Of a DNA stretch of 60,021 bases, positions 1 to 9,890 are shown piece by piece (the stretch's first letter is position 1; each line of letters starts with the position of its first letter). The stretch comes from Geobacteraceae bacterium. GTDB lineage: Bacteria > Desulfobacterota > Desulfuromonadia > Geobacterales > DSM-12255. The notes beneath the pieces are model-generated. The model saw only the letters and a list, made by a program, of their open reading frames with translations, did no database searches and was not told the origin of the DNA. Location: positions 1 to 60,021 of the forward strand of contig JAYSLX010000045.1 of the NCBI GenBank assembly GCA_043725245.1. The letters run 5' to 3'. The translations under genes and the position numbers were made by a program.

Positions 1-1
1 T

Positions 2-382
2 CATGCCGCCATGGAGATGATCGGGCGCGAGGGGATGGGGGTTATCCTCTACATGCGCCAGGAGGGGCGCGGCATCGGCCTGATCAACAAGCTCAAGGCC
101 TACGCCCTCCAGGACGAGGGGAAAGATACGGTGGAGGCAAATTTGGCTCTCGGTTTCAAGGCTGATCTGAGAGACTACGGAATCGGGGCACAGATCCTGG
201 TCAACCTCGGGGTCAAGAAGATTCGTCTTATTACAAACAACCCTAAGAAAATAGTTGGCCTGGAAGGATACGGGATCAATATCGTCGAAAGGGTGCCCAT
301 TCAGGTGGAACCGACAAAGAGCAATATAGGTTATCTCAAGACGAAGCGGGATAAAATGGGACATCTGATTGAAAATGTTTAA
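2..382 (+). CDS. ribBA: GTP cyclohydrolase II domain, probably the 3' end of bifunctional RibBA (5' truncated by window)
   Basis: [40 protein letters not shown] and [11 protein letters not shown] motifs; frame is open to the window start; ribH follows. Confidence 0.9.
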   Translation, partial: HAAMEMIGREGMGVILYMRQEGRGIGLINKLKAYALQDEGKDTVEANLALGFKADLRDYGIGAQILVNLGVKKIRLITNNPKKIVGLEGYGINIVERVPIQVEPTKSNIGYLKTKRDKMGHLIENV

Positions 383-423
383 AATCTGCCGGGTTGCATG
401 CCTGTTTCAGTAAAGGAGGGGAT

Positions 424-891
424 ATGCCAAAGTTCATTGAAGGTAATCTGGACGCAAAGGGGCTGAAGTTCGGCATCGTGGTCGGGCGCTTCAACAGCTT
501 CATTGCAGAGCGGCTGTTGGAAGGGGCGTTGGATGCCCTTATCCGCCATGGTGCGGATGACAACCATATTGCCGTGGCCCGTGTGCCCGGTGCATTCGAG
601 ATTCCGCTGGCGGCCAAGGTCATGGCTGAGTCCGGCACCTATGATGCCCTGATATGTCTGGGGGCAGTTATCCGTGGCTCTACTCCGCATTTTGACTATG
701 TTGCTGCCGAAGTCTCAAAGGGGGTTGCCCAGGTTTCACTCCAGGCCGGAGTTCCCATTGCCTTTGGGGTGCTTACTACCGACACCATAGAGCAGGCTGT
801 GGAGCGCGCAGGTACCAAGGCCGGCAACAAGGGGTTCGATGCAGCCATGACAGCCATAGAATCGGTCAATCTGCTTAAGGGGCTCAAGTAG
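424..891 (+). CDS. ribH: 6,7-dimethyl-8-ribityllumazine synthase
   Basis: [28 protein letters not shown] and GNKG motifs; SD aaggagg before ATG 424. Confidence 0.97.
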   Translation: MPKFIEGNLDAKGLKFGIVVGRFNSFIAERLLEGALDALIRHGADDNHIAVARVPGAFEIPLAAKVMAESGTYDALICLGAVIRGSTPHFDYVAAEVSKGVAQVSLQAGVPIAFGVLTTDTIEQAVERAGTKAGNKGFDAAMTAIESVNLLKGLK

Positions 892-1310
892 TGGGAGCGC
901 GTCGAGAAGGGCGTGAGCTCGCACTACAGGCTCTTTATGCCCTTGATGTAAACCCTGTGGATGTACAGACAGGGCTGCGGCTCTTTTGGGCGGAACAGCG
1001 TGCTCCAAAGGGGATAAGAGAGTTTACCGACGAACTGGTGGCCGGAGTAGCGGCAAACCGCGTCGAACTCGACCGGCTTATTAAGGAAAAATCCCGGAAC
1101 TGGTCGCTGCCACGAATGGCCAAGGTAGACCTGAATATCCTCCGTCTGGCGACTTTCGAGCTTATCCATAGGCAGGAGGTCCCCAAGAACGTTACCATCA
1201 ACGAAGCTATTGAGATCGCCAAGAAGTTTGGCAGCGAGGATTCGCCTGCCTTTGTCAACGGAATCCTCGACGAAATTGCAGCTACTCTTCCCGAGAAGGC
1301 GAGCAACTGA
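891..1310 (+). CDS. nusB: transcription antitermination factor NusB
   Basis: [25 protein letters not shown] and FVNGILD motifs; classic ribH-nusB linkage. Confidence 0.97.
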   Translation: MGARREGRELALQALYALDVNPVDVQTGLRLFWAEQRAPKGIREFTDELVAGVAANRVELDRLIKEKSRNWSLPRMAKVDLNILRLATFELIHRQEVPKNVTINEAIEIAKKFGSEDSPAFVNGILDEIAATLPEKASN

Positions 1311-1436
1311 ACAACATCCCGTCTGACCTCAGATACACGAAAATGGTCGCAGATGAAATTTTGATCGTCGTGCATCCGGGTTCATCTGTGGTTTCAGAAT
1401 GAATCTGTATTTTATCGCTCTATGCAAGAGGAATAT

Positions 1437-2750
1437 ATGAATGAGATCAAAATCGGCCTGGTCGGTTTCGGAACCGTAGGTGCCGGCGTTGCAAAACTGC
1501 TTCAGAAAAATGCAAAACTTATCGAAGAGAAGACCGGGGAAAAACTGGTACTTAAGAAGATTGCAGACCTGGACACCACCACTGACCGGGGGATCGCGCT
1601 GCCGGACGGGATACTGACAAACAATGTCAACGAGGTGCTCTGCGATCCCGAGATCGCCATTGTCATAGAGCTGATAGGCGGCTACGAACCCGCAAAGACC
1701 TTTGTACTGCGAGCAATTGAGCATGGGAAGCATGTAGTCACCGCCAATAAGGCCCTGCTGGCGCTGCATGGCGAGGAGATTTATGCTGCAGCTGCCAGGC
1801 GCGGGGTTGAGGTGCTTTATGAGGCTGCAGTCGGGGGGGGGATTCCGGTGTTATCCTCCATAAAGGGGAATCTGGCTGCCAACAACTTCGGCACGGTGCT
1901 CGGGATACTCAACGGTACCTGCAACTACATTCTGACCAGGATGACTCAGGAGGGGGCCGATTTCGGCGCAGTCCTGAAGACCGCACAGGAACTGGGCTAC
2001 GCCGAAGCCGACCCGACCTTCGATATCGAGGGGATCGACACCGCCCACAAGATCAGTCTGCTCGCATCGCTCTGCTTTGGTACGCGGGTGAACTTCAAGG
2101 ATATCTACACAGAGGGGATAAGCGCAGTTTCTGCACTCGACATAAATTTTGCAAGGGACTTCGGCTACAAGATAAAACTGCTGGCAATAGGCAAGCGTGA
2201 CAACGGGCAGGTGGAAATCCGCGTTCACCCGACCATGATCCCAGTTGGGCACCCGATTGCAGATGTGGATGGTGTCTTCAACTCAATCCGTCTGACCGGA
2301 GACTTCGTAGGTCCGGTGATGTTCATCGGCCGCGGGGCCGGCATGGACCCAACTGCAAGTGCCGTTGTAGGGGATGTAATCGAGGTTTCTCGCTCCATAC
2401 TTGCCGGTGCTGCCCGCAGGACCGCACCTCTCGGCTATCTGGACGAGAATGTCAGTACTCTGCCGGTGAAACCTATCGGAGATATCATCAGCAAGTACTA
2501 TATACGCTTCAGTGTGGCGGACAAACCGGGCGTGCTTGCGAGGATTGCCGGCGAACTCGGGAAGAACTCCATCAGCATAGAGTCGATGATCCAGAGTGCC
2601 AGGAGCGCCCAGGAGTCAGTTCCCATTGTCATCATGACCCATGAAGCACGGGAGCAGGACGTGCGAAACGCACTGGCCGCCATAGACGGGTTCAGTGATT
2701 TTATCCGTGAGAAGAGTAATCTGATCAGGATAGAGGATAATCTGGAGTAG
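1437..2750 (+). CDS. hom: homoserine dehydrogenase with C-terminal ACT domain
   Basis: GFGTVG, VTANKAL, YEAAVGGGIP, GILNGTCNYIL and GYAEADPTFD motifs; ACT domain (DKPGVLA). Confidence 0.97.
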   Translation: MNEIKIGLVGFGTVGAGVAKLLQKNAKLIEEKTGEKLVLKKIADLDTTTDRGIALPDGILTNNVNEVLCDPEIAIVIELIGGYEPAKTFVLRAIEHGKHVVTANKALLALHGEEIYAAAARRGVEVLYEAAVGGGIPVLSSIKGNLAANNFGTVLGILNGTCNYILTRMTQEGADFGAVLKTAQELGYAEADPTFDIEGIDTAHKISLLASLCFGTRVNFKDIYTEGISAVSALDINFARDFGYKIKLLAIGKRDNGQVEIRVHPTMIPVGHPIADVDGVFNSIRLTGDFVGPVMFIGRGAGMDPTASAVVGDVIEVSRSILAGAARRTAPLGYLDENVSTLPVKPIGDIISKYYIRFSVADKPGVLARIAGELGKNSISIESMIQSARSAQESVPIVIMTHEAREQDVRNALAAIDGFSDFIREKSNLIRIEDNLE

Positions 2751-2784
2751 ATATCGGTGGGTCGTCAAATGTTGATTAATAAGG

Positions 2785-2811
2785 CAAGGCCCCCTACTCC
2801 AGGGGGCCTTG
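2785..2811. terminator. hairpin between convergent genes, probable intrinsic terminator
   Basis: caaggccccct-actcc-agggggccttg, a perfect 11-bp stem; weak U-tract. Confidence 0.6.
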
Positions 2812-2839
2812 TGTCGTTTGATATCACAGTTCCCACATT

Positions 2840-3547
2840 TCAACCACTGATGGAAATATAGTCCTTTAGCTCGCTTTTTCGCAAAAGTTGTATCCCCTGC
2901 CCCGTAATCTCGAGGAATTCGACCCCGATGCCAGGGGGGAGCTCCCTCCTTCCGTTCGAACTCCCCTTGTTTACCCACGCGACCCTCCCCCGAGCCTCTG
3001 TTGGAGCATCGCTCCCCGGGAGGACAAATGAAAGTCGCAACTCCTTTCCCCGTGAGAGAGAAAACCCGGTTGCCACATAAATGCCGGCCATGCTGATATC
3101 TTCGCTCATCCCAACATGAACAACTCCGTTACAGGTCAGACTTACCTCTACACGACAGGTCACACGTGAACCGCGGCGGTCGAAGGAGGGGAGGTGTTTT
3201 TTAATTGTGTTCAGGAATAACTTGCCGTCGATCGGCTTGGCAAGATAGTCATCGCATCCTGCACGGGAGTACTCCTCAATATCTGCCGGTTTTGCGGCAT
3301 TGCTGACGATGATTACCGGGATATGCTTCAGAAGTGGGTCGGATTTAATGGTTGAGCAGCAGGCAATACCATCCATTTTAGGCATATATTTGTCCAGTAT
3401 GATCAGATCAGGACGTTCCCGGTAGGCAACTTCGAGGGCCTCAGTACCGTTTAAGGCGGTTAAAATATGCACACTTGAAGAAGAGAGGAAACCCTTCTGA
3501 ATCTCAAGGAGCATTTTTACATCGTCAACGAGAAGGATCTTATACAT
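2840..3547 (-). CDS. response regulator receiver + PilZ domain protein
   Basis: ILLVDD...PDLIILDKYMP...AKP receiver motifs; RRGSR (RxxxR) and DISMAG (DxSxxG) PilZ motifs; GIGVEF. Confidence 0.85.
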   Translation of the reverse strand: MYKILLVDDVKMLLEIQKGFLSSSSVHILTALNGTEALEVAYRERPDLIILDKYMPKMDGIACCSTIKSDPLLKHIPVIIVSNAAKPADIEEYSRAGCDDYLAKPIDGKLFLNTIKKHLPSFDRRGSRVTCRVEVSLTCNGVVHVGMSEDISMAGIYVATGFSLSRGKELRLSFVLPGSDAPTEARGRVAWVNKGSSNGRRELPPGIGVEFLEITGQGIQLLRKSELKDYISISG

Positions 3548-3666
3548 AGCTTCGGATTCCGTTAATCAAGCGTAGTCAAATACGTAACAACAATTACAGT
3601 CTATTGAAATTTTATATATTATAAGCCATGGTTAATACATGTCAATCCAAGTGCGGAAGGCATACC

Positions 3667-3694
3667 GCCTGAATAAATAGCCTGAATAAATAGC
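3667..3694. repeat. 13-bp tandem duplication (gcctgaataaata x2 + gc)
   Basis: exact direct repeat read from the sequence, intergenic. Confidence 0.9.
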
Positions 3695-3884
3695 GATTCA
3701 GTTGGCCACGGAGAAGTTAGTGCCCAGTGTGGGGTTATCTGGATTGTCGAGAATAGCCTCAGCCGCGGGGGGAGTTGCGATGGGCTTCAGACATTCGGTG
3801 AAATAAAAGAGGCTGTATTTCTGATTTAAATTAAATTCAAAAGGTTAAGTAAGAACAAGAGGGGGTCAGTGACTTTCAGAGCGA

Positions 3885-5333
3885 TTAATTGATTCTCGGG
3901 TTAATGATTTCCTTAAGATTTGTAGCGTATCTCCAATACCCCGTTCGCTCATAAAATTCGGCGGCCTTTTCGATTGTCCTGAAATCGCCGAATCCAGCCA
4001 GAAGCGAAGGGTTCTTTGTTACTTCCACCCTTGCCAAGTCATAATGCACCATGGCAGACTTCTCATCGCCCTTGAGGAGATAGGTTTCGGCTATGTAAAA
4101 GTCAACGGGGAACGCACCGTAGTAATTCCTGAAAATGGCAAAGTATTTTAAAGCGTCATCAAGGTTTCCGGATTTTCTCAGTGCCATGGCAAGCCTGAAT
4201 TGACCTTGATCCATCTCAGGGCTGAGGTCATAACCACGCACAAAAAATCTCTCTGCAATATCGATTCCACGTTCATCCAGTATCTTGATCCCGAGTTGCG
4301 GCAATCCTGAACAGTATTTTTTATCGAGGATGCAGGCCTTTTCGGCGAACAGGAATGCTTTGTCTATGTTGCCAAGCCCATGGTGGGCCCGGGCCGCATA
4401 GATGAAGACCAATGGATCATTCTCCTCCTGGGTAAGATAGGGAGATAGACACTTTACTACATCGTCATATCTCTTCATCACAAGGAGGAGGTCAACCTTT
4501 TGCAGAAATGCATATCTGCCCGGCAGTTCAGGCTGTGAGTTCAGGGCGGGTATTCTGATGGTATCGATAACCAGATCACCTACCCATCGGTAACTGACGT
4601 CTAGGAAACCACCGTTCACAGAGTATGCAATAACCGTATCCCGGATCGCGTAACTCTTCGCAGACAAGGCATAGAAGGTTTGTTTAAGGCCAGTGGTGAT
4701 CTTGTACTCGTAACTTCCGATCATGTTTGAAAAATAATCCACATCTATACTGAGAATGATCGGCTCGTTCAAATCCGGCAGCGACCGGATATCACATATG
4801 ACAAGCGGTATCCCGTCATATTTGCCGATGAAACAGCCGTTTTGCAGCTTGAAAGACCGGATATCTTCATCTTTGAAACCGTACATCTTCAGCAGAGTTG
4901 CCAACTGATTGCCGGAATCTGAAAAAATACCATAGGTGGCAGGAACCACCCAGTACACCTTGCTGAAGATCCCGAGTTTTGCCGCCGCATGGATGAAATT
5001 ATCGTTTGCTACCGGAGTGTCCCCTTTCTCTAATGACTGTGCTGCGGCCCCTTTCTTGCCCTGATATGCAGCCTTCAATCTCTCTATCTGCTCAGCGGGG
5101 ATGTGCCTCATGTCGTCATGTGCATCTATATTTACAAGCACGGCATTTTTGAGCCCAAGGTTGACCCAGTGTTCCAGTGCGTCCTTATGGTCTTCAAGAA
5201 CTTTGAAATTTTGAAGCATGTCGGTACCGAGCACAGGATATCGCCGCCCGTCTGATATTTTTATCGATATAAACACCAGCAAGCAGAGGGAAAACAAAAG
5301 AGTTATCACCCCGATCTTAGCGCCTTTATTCAT
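3885..5333 (-). CDS. membrane-anchored UPF0489-like (arginase/deacetylase-fold) protein with C-terminal TPR repeats
   Basis: N-terminal TM segment; LEDHKDAL..W, VNIDAHDDM and LSIDVDYF motifs; TPR-like helical repeats; AT-rich coding sequence. Confidence 0.6.
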   Translation of the reverse strand: MNKGAKIGVITLLFSLCLLVFISIKISDGRRYPVLGTDMLQNFKVLEDHKDALEHWVNLGLKNAVLVNIDAHDDMRHIPAEQIERLKAAYQGKKGAAAQSLEKGDTPVANDNFIHAAAKLGIFSKVYWVVPATYGIFSDSGNQLATLLKMYGFKDEDIRSFKLQNGCFIGKYDGIPLVICDIRSLPDLNEPIILSIDVDYFSNMIGSYEYKITTGLKQTFYALSAKSYAIRDTVIAYSVNGGFLDVSYRWVGDLVIDTIRIPALNSQPELPGRYAFLQKVDLLLVMKRYDDVVKCLSPYLTQEENDPLVFIYAARAHHGLGNIDKAFLFAEKACILDKKYCSGLPQLGIKILDERGIDIAERFFVRGYDLSPEMDQGQFRLAMALRKSGNLDDALKYFAIFRNYYGAFPVDFYIAETYLLKGDEKSAMVHYDLARVEVTKNPSLLAGFGDFRTIEKAAEFYERTGYWRYATNLKEIINPRIN

Positions 5334-5504
5334 GTCACAGCGACCCAAATGGCCTTAGTGATCCCCATATTTCCCCCATGGGATTAAACTTTAAATGACT
5401 AATTGTTAATTTATAAACATTAGATTTTATAAATGCAAGTGGAAAGCGGCAGGATGTTCAGGGGGGCTGCTTGGTCTGTGGATGTTCGGAAGGAGCGGAT
5501 CGTG

Positions 5505-6188
5505 TCAGGGGAGCAGGACGCCTGTTTCTCCCTGGCGTGGAATCAACTGGGTGAAGTAGTGAATGGAGGTGAAGCTGTCCGAAGGCTTTGGTGCCACGGT
5601 GGAACTGAAGCGGCTTACATAGACCAGGTAACGGATGCCGTAGTCACGTGCCGTGCCGAGGTTCGTCTCGCTGTCCTCGCCCAGCATGGTTCGTTCGGGG
5701 TCAAAGGGGACCTTATCCTGAAGTTTTCCCCAGAAGGCTCCTTCTTCCTTGGGAAGTCCAAGGTCGTGGGCCGAGACAATGCCGCTGAAATAAGGCCCGA
5801 TCCTGGTCTTTCGCATCTTGAGATCAAGGGTCTTGCCGTGTGCATTGGTAACCAGCCACGCCTGTTTGTTGTGTTGGCTGAGAAAGGTGAGGAATTCCAC
5901 AACCCCCGGATGTACGGCGATAAGGTGGTCAACTTCTACCTTAAGCATTGGGATGTCGAGGCCGAGTTGGTCGGACCAGTAGTCGAGATCGGTCCAGTTG
6001 AGGGTTTTCTCCTGAGACCGGAACATTGCGTAGAGCTGTGTCTTTGCCTCTTCCAGTGGGACACGGTGCTTTTTACTCCAGGTTTGTGGTACATGCTCCA
6101 GCCAGAAGTGGTCGTCGAAGTGCCGATCCAGAAGTGTGCCGTCCATGTCCAGCAGTACGGTGTCGATAATGCTCCAATCAATGGTCAT
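5505..6188 (-). CDS. HAD-family nucleotidase (YrfG-like GMP/IMP nucleotidase)
   Basis: IDTVLLDMDGTLLDRHFDDHFW, LVTNAH and GEDSETNL motifs. Confidence 0.88.
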   Translation of the reverse strand: MTIDWSIIDTVLLDMDGTLLDRHFDDHFWLEHVPQTWSKKHRVPLEEAKTQLYAMFRSQEKTLNWTDLDYWSDQLGLDIPMLKVEVDHLIAVHPGVVEFLTFLSQHNKQAWLVTNAHGKTLDLKMRKTRIGPYFSGIVSAHDLGLPKEEGAFWGKLQDKVPFDPERTMLGEDSETNLGTARDYGIRYLVYVSRFSSTVAPKPSDSFTSIHYFTQLIPRQGETGVLLP

Positions 6189-6320
6189 ACGAGCCTCGTC
6201 TTATAAACTTGTTTGAGAACAATTGGCATCTTAGCACAATTATAATGCTTTTTTCTGTTTTTGGTTGACGTTGCCTCTGAGCCCGGCATAATATTCACGG
6301 GTTTCAGGATATAGAAAGAG

Positions 6321-7841
6321 ATGTGTATGATAAGAGCGATTGCGGCATTCATGATGCTTTGGAGCTACCTCCTGACGGCGATCCCCGCCTGGTGCGAGGA
6401 TGGCAAGGGTGACTCCGGGGAGGGAACGGTATTTACCCTCTGGCCGCTTATCGACTACCGCGAGAGCCCAAAAGAAGGGTTCAGTAATCTGGGGATTCTT
6501 GGGCCTCTTATCAAGATCCAGAAACAGAGGGATGAGCATATACTCGCTTTCCGCCCGCTGTTTTTCAGGACCTCGCACGAAACCCAGCAGACTGCGGTCA
6601 CCGACTACCTTTATCCACTTGCCTCCAAAGAGGTGACGCCCGAAGTCTCTCGCTTTCAGGTTCTTCAACTCCTGCAGATAAACAGCTTTCGCAAAGACGA
6701 GCCTGAAAACCAGGAACAGGATTCCATGTTCTTCCCCTTTTACATCAACGGCACGTCAAAGAAATATGGAGCATATACCTCGCTTTTTCCGCTTTATGGA
6801 AATATTTATGAACGGTTCTGGCGCGATAAATATCATTTTATCCTGTTTCCGCTTTACGGCAGCACGGTGAATAAGGGGACAACCTCTCGCAACTATCTTT
6901 TCCCAATCTTCAATACCATCGAAGGGGAGCGGGAATCAGGTTTCCATCTCTGGCCGCTCTACGGACAGTCATCTAAAGAAGGGGTCTACCGCAAACGTTT
7001 CGTCCTGTGGCCCTTTTATCTGACTAGTCAGACAGGGCTCGACACTACCAATCCCGCGGAAAAGCTCTTTCTGTTCCCCTTTTATGCGGCAACCGATTCT
7101 CCCGATAAAACAGCCCGCAGTTATCTCTGGCCTTTCATCGGCTACAGCGAGGATCGTTCTCGTAAGGAGACGGAGCGGGATTACGTCTGGCCCTTATGCT
7201 GGACTGTCCGTGGTGAAGAGCGCCGGGTGGACAGCTTTCTCCCTTTTTATTTCAACGAGGAGAAGAAGGAGAGCAAAAGGAGTTGGTACCTCTGGCCGCT
7301 CTTCCGGCGTGACTCACTCACGTCCGATGACTTTGTGCGGGAGCGGGAACGATTATTTTATTTCTTCTACATTGACAGTCGTGAACGATGGCCCAAGGAT
7401 GGCACCGAAAGACGCAGAACTACCTTCTGGCCATTGTTTGTCTACAGCCGAGATACACGAGGCGTTAAGACTTTTTCCTTTCCTGCTCCTGTAGAACCGA
7501 TCTTGGATCGGGATGGGATCGAACATGCCTGGGCACCACTCTGGCGGATCTACCAGCAGAGGTGGACAGACAACGGTGATTCAATGGCTTCATTTCTCTG
7601 GAACCTCTACTGGCACGAAACTCGTGGCAATTCCCTCGCCTATGAGCTATATCCTTTGCTTGGTTATCGGGGTGAACCCGGGCTGACCGACATGAGCATC
7701 CTGAAAGGGATGGTCCGTTACAGGAGTGATGGCAACAGGAAGAAGCTGAATCTCCTCTGGCTCCCGTTCGGTTTCGCTTGGGAAAGTCTGTCAACCGAAA
7801 AGAATGATACCAGGGCCGCAGTCGGTGGAGGTGGATTGTGA
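6321..7841 (+). CDS. exported hypothetical protein with about 20 aromatic-Pro (LWPL/LFPF-type) repeats
   Basis: signal peptide ending ..AIPAWC; repeated (L/F)(W/F)P(L/F)(Y/F) units; overlaps the mlaE start. Confidence 0.75.
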   Translation: MCMIRAIAAFMMLWSYLLTAIPAWCEDGKGDSGEGTVFTLWPLIDYRESPKEGFSNLGILGPLIKIQKQRDEHILAFRPLFFRTSHETQQTAVTDYLYPLASKEVTPEVSRFQVLQLLQINSFRKDEPENQEQDSMFFPFYINGTSKKYGAYTSLFPLYGNIYERFWRDKYHFILFPLYGSTVNKGTTSRNYLFPIFNTIEGERESGFHLWPLYGQSSKEGVYRKRFVLWPFYLTSQTGLDTTNPAEKLFLFPFYAATDSPDKTARSYLWPFIGYSEDRSRKETERDYVWPLCWTVRGEERRVDSFLPFYFNEEKKESKRSWYLWPLFRRDSLTSDDFVRERERLFYFFYIDSRERWPKDGTERRRTTFWPLFVYSRDTRGVKTFSFPAPVEPILDRDGIEHAWAPLWRIYQQRWTDNGDSMASFLWNLYWHETRGNSLAYELYPLLGYRGEPGLTDMSILKGMVRYRSDGNRKKLNLLWLPFGFAWESLSTEKNDTRAAVGGGGL

Positions 7842-8614
7842 ACAAACTCTTGGATGCCCTTGGTCGGCGGCTCATCTACTTTCAGGAGATCCTTGGCGAA
7901 ACCCTGATTTTGCTCTGGCAGACGATATATTATTTTCGGGAGGCACCCAGGAATTTTCAGAGCATCATGGTGCAGATATCCAATATCGGCTACGAGACCC
8001 TTCCTGTGGCAGCTGTCATGGCTTTTTTCGTCGGGATGGTGCTGGCGCTGAATACCGGAGTGGAACTTAACAAGTATGGTGGCCAAGCCATCATCGGCGC
8101 CATAGTCGGTCACTCCATGGTCCGGGAACTTGGGCCGGTCATGACCAGCTTTCTTGTTGCAGGTCGGGCAGGTTCTGCAATGGCGGCAGAGATAGGGGTA
8201 ATGAAGGTCTATGAGGAGATAGATGCTTTAAGGACCCTGGATATTAACCCGGTACGATATTTGGCTATGCCGCGGATGATCGCCTGCCTGCTGTCTGTCC
8301 CTGCGTTGACCATCTTCGTTGACTTCATCGGGATAATTGGGGGGGCGGTTATCAGCAATCTCCATCCGAAGATTTTTGTTTCCTACGCGACTTACTACGA
8401 CAGCATCACAGCGGCGCTCACGTTTCGCGAGATCTTCAACGGCCTGACAAAATCGCTGGTTTTCGGCGGAATCATTGCGCTGGTCTGCTGTTACGTCGGC
8501 TTCAAAACCTCCGGCGGTGCGCGGGGCATCGGTCGATCCACTACCCGCTCGGTGGTGCTGTCATTCATGATGGTCCTTGTTGCAGATTACATTCTGACTC
8601 GCATCCTGATGTAA
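7838..8614 (+). CDS. MlaE-family ABC transporter permease
   Basis: RELGPVMT, AGRAGSAMAAEIGVMKVYEEIDAL, YLAMPR and GIGRSTTRSVV motifs. Confidence 0.95.
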   Translation: MNKLLDALGRRLIYFQEILGETLILLWQTIYYFREAPRNFQSIMVQISNIGYETLPVAAVMAFFVGMVLALNTGVELNKYGGQAIIGAIVGHSMVRELGPVMTSFLVAGRAGSAMAAEIGVMKVYEEIDALRTLDINPVRYLAMPRMIACLLSVPALTIFVDFIGIIGGAVISNLHPKIFVSYATYYDSITAALTFREIFNGLTKSLVFGGIIALVCCYVGFKTSGGARGIGRSTTRSVVLSFMMVLVADYILTRILM

Positions 8615-8638
8615 GGAAAAAGAAGGAGGCCGAACCAA

Positions 8639-9709
8639 ATGGCAATGACAGTTGAAAGAAAGGTCGGGCTGTTCTTCGTTATATCCATTGTAGTTCTCGG
8701 TGTGATGCTCGAGACTGGTGAACGGTGGAACCCTTTCAAGAAGAAGGTTCCCTACAAGACTTTCCTTGGGAGCGTTACCGGCCTTAAGGTGGGTGATCCG
8801 GTGAAACTTGTCGGTGTTGATGTGGGAAAAATCAAGCAGGTGAGCGTTCTCAGTGACAAGGTACAGATCGATTTTGAGGTTGAGCCCGGAACGCTTATAA
8901 AGAAAGATACTGTGGCCGGTCTCAGACTTACCAATCTGCTTGGGGGGCAGTTCCTGGGGTTGTCGCTCGGTTCACCCACCGCACCGATTCTTGAGCCGGG
9001 GAGTACGGTGACCGGCAAGGATGTGGCAAATATCGACATTATCGTTGACGACGTCAGTGCGCTGACCAAGGATGCCAAGGTATTGATCAATGAGCTGAAC
9101 CGCAACCAGAATGAGGTTATGCACAAGATAACCGCCATTCTGGACGATAATCGGGGAAACCTGCGCAGCTCAATATCCAATCTGAACAGCATCACGGAGA
9201 AAATCGACAGGGGTGACGGCTCCCTGGCCATGCTACTTAACGACAAGGTTCTCTACCATAACGCAAACGAGGCAATAGTCAGCATAAAGAGCGTTACCGG
9301 CAAGATCGACAAAGGTGAAGGTACTATTGGCAAGCTTGTGAACGACGACTCCCTCTATGTTGAGGCGAAGAGTGCGATTACAGGGCTCAAGGACGGGGTG
9401 AACGAGATGACGGCCGGCTTCAAGGATATCAAGGAGATCGCCGGCAAGATCAACCGTGGTGATGGTACCATCGGTAAGCTCGTCAACGAAGATCTTCTGT
9501 ACGCTGACCTGCGTGACACCTCCAAGAACCTTAAGGAGATTACCCAGAAGATCAATGATGGGCAGGGGACCCTCGGCAAGCTGGTGAACGAAGACAAGCT
9601 CTACCGTGACACTACCGCTACCATGAAGAAGGTGGAGAAGGCTGCCGAGGGGCTTGGGGACAGCGGTCCGATCTCTGTGCTGGGAAGTATCGTCGGTACT
9701 TTATTTTAA
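8639..9709 (+). CDS. MCE/MlaD-family protein with extended helical repeats
   Basis: KVGLF TM anchor; GLKVGDPVKLVGVDVGKI and NLLGGQFLGL motifs; four KIxxGxGTxGKLVN-type repeats. Confidence 0.93.
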   Translation: MAMTVERKVGLFFVISIVVLGVMLETGERWNPFKKKVPYKTFLGSVTGLKVGDPVKLVGVDVGKIKQVSVLSDKVQIDFEVEPGTLIKKDTVAGLRLTNLLGGQFLGLSLGSPTAPILEPGSTVTGKDVANIDIIVDDVSALTKDAKVLINELNRNQNEVMHKITAILDDNRGNLRSSISNLNSITEKIDRGDGSLAMLLNDKVLYHNANEAIVSIKSVTGKIDKGEGTIGKLVNDDSLYVEAKSAITGLKDGVNEMTAGFKDIKEIAGKINRGDGTIGKLVNEDLLYADLRDTSKNLKEITQKINDGQGTLGKLVNEDKLYRDTTATMKKVEKAAEGLGDSGPISVLGSIVGTLF

Positions 9710-9727
9710 TCTAAATAAAGCAGTTGG

Positions 9728-9803
9728 AATGCAGAGAAGCAGAGACCCAAAGGGAAAACCGCAGTTTGCGTTGGTTTTTTTTGCGTCTTTGCGTCTCTGT
9801 GTT
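9728..9803. repeat. long imperfect palindrome built from degenerate 8-nt units (gcagagac / gtctttgc)
   Basis: aatgcagagaagcagagacccaaag...tttttgcgtctttgcgtctctgtgtt are inverted arms around an inner aaaacc/ggtttt stem. Confidence 0.65.
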
Positions 9804-9890
9804 AAAAAATTTCCGGTTGTAGGTCCGTAGCAATAACGTTGATGTTTGAAAGTAGTGGCGCTTAAGCGCCATTTCAGTTTGGAGTGGATG

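Noticed and set aside
5433-6206. 257-aa plus-strand ORF
   Set aside because: Antisense shadow of the HAD nucleotidase gene, with no recognisable motifs
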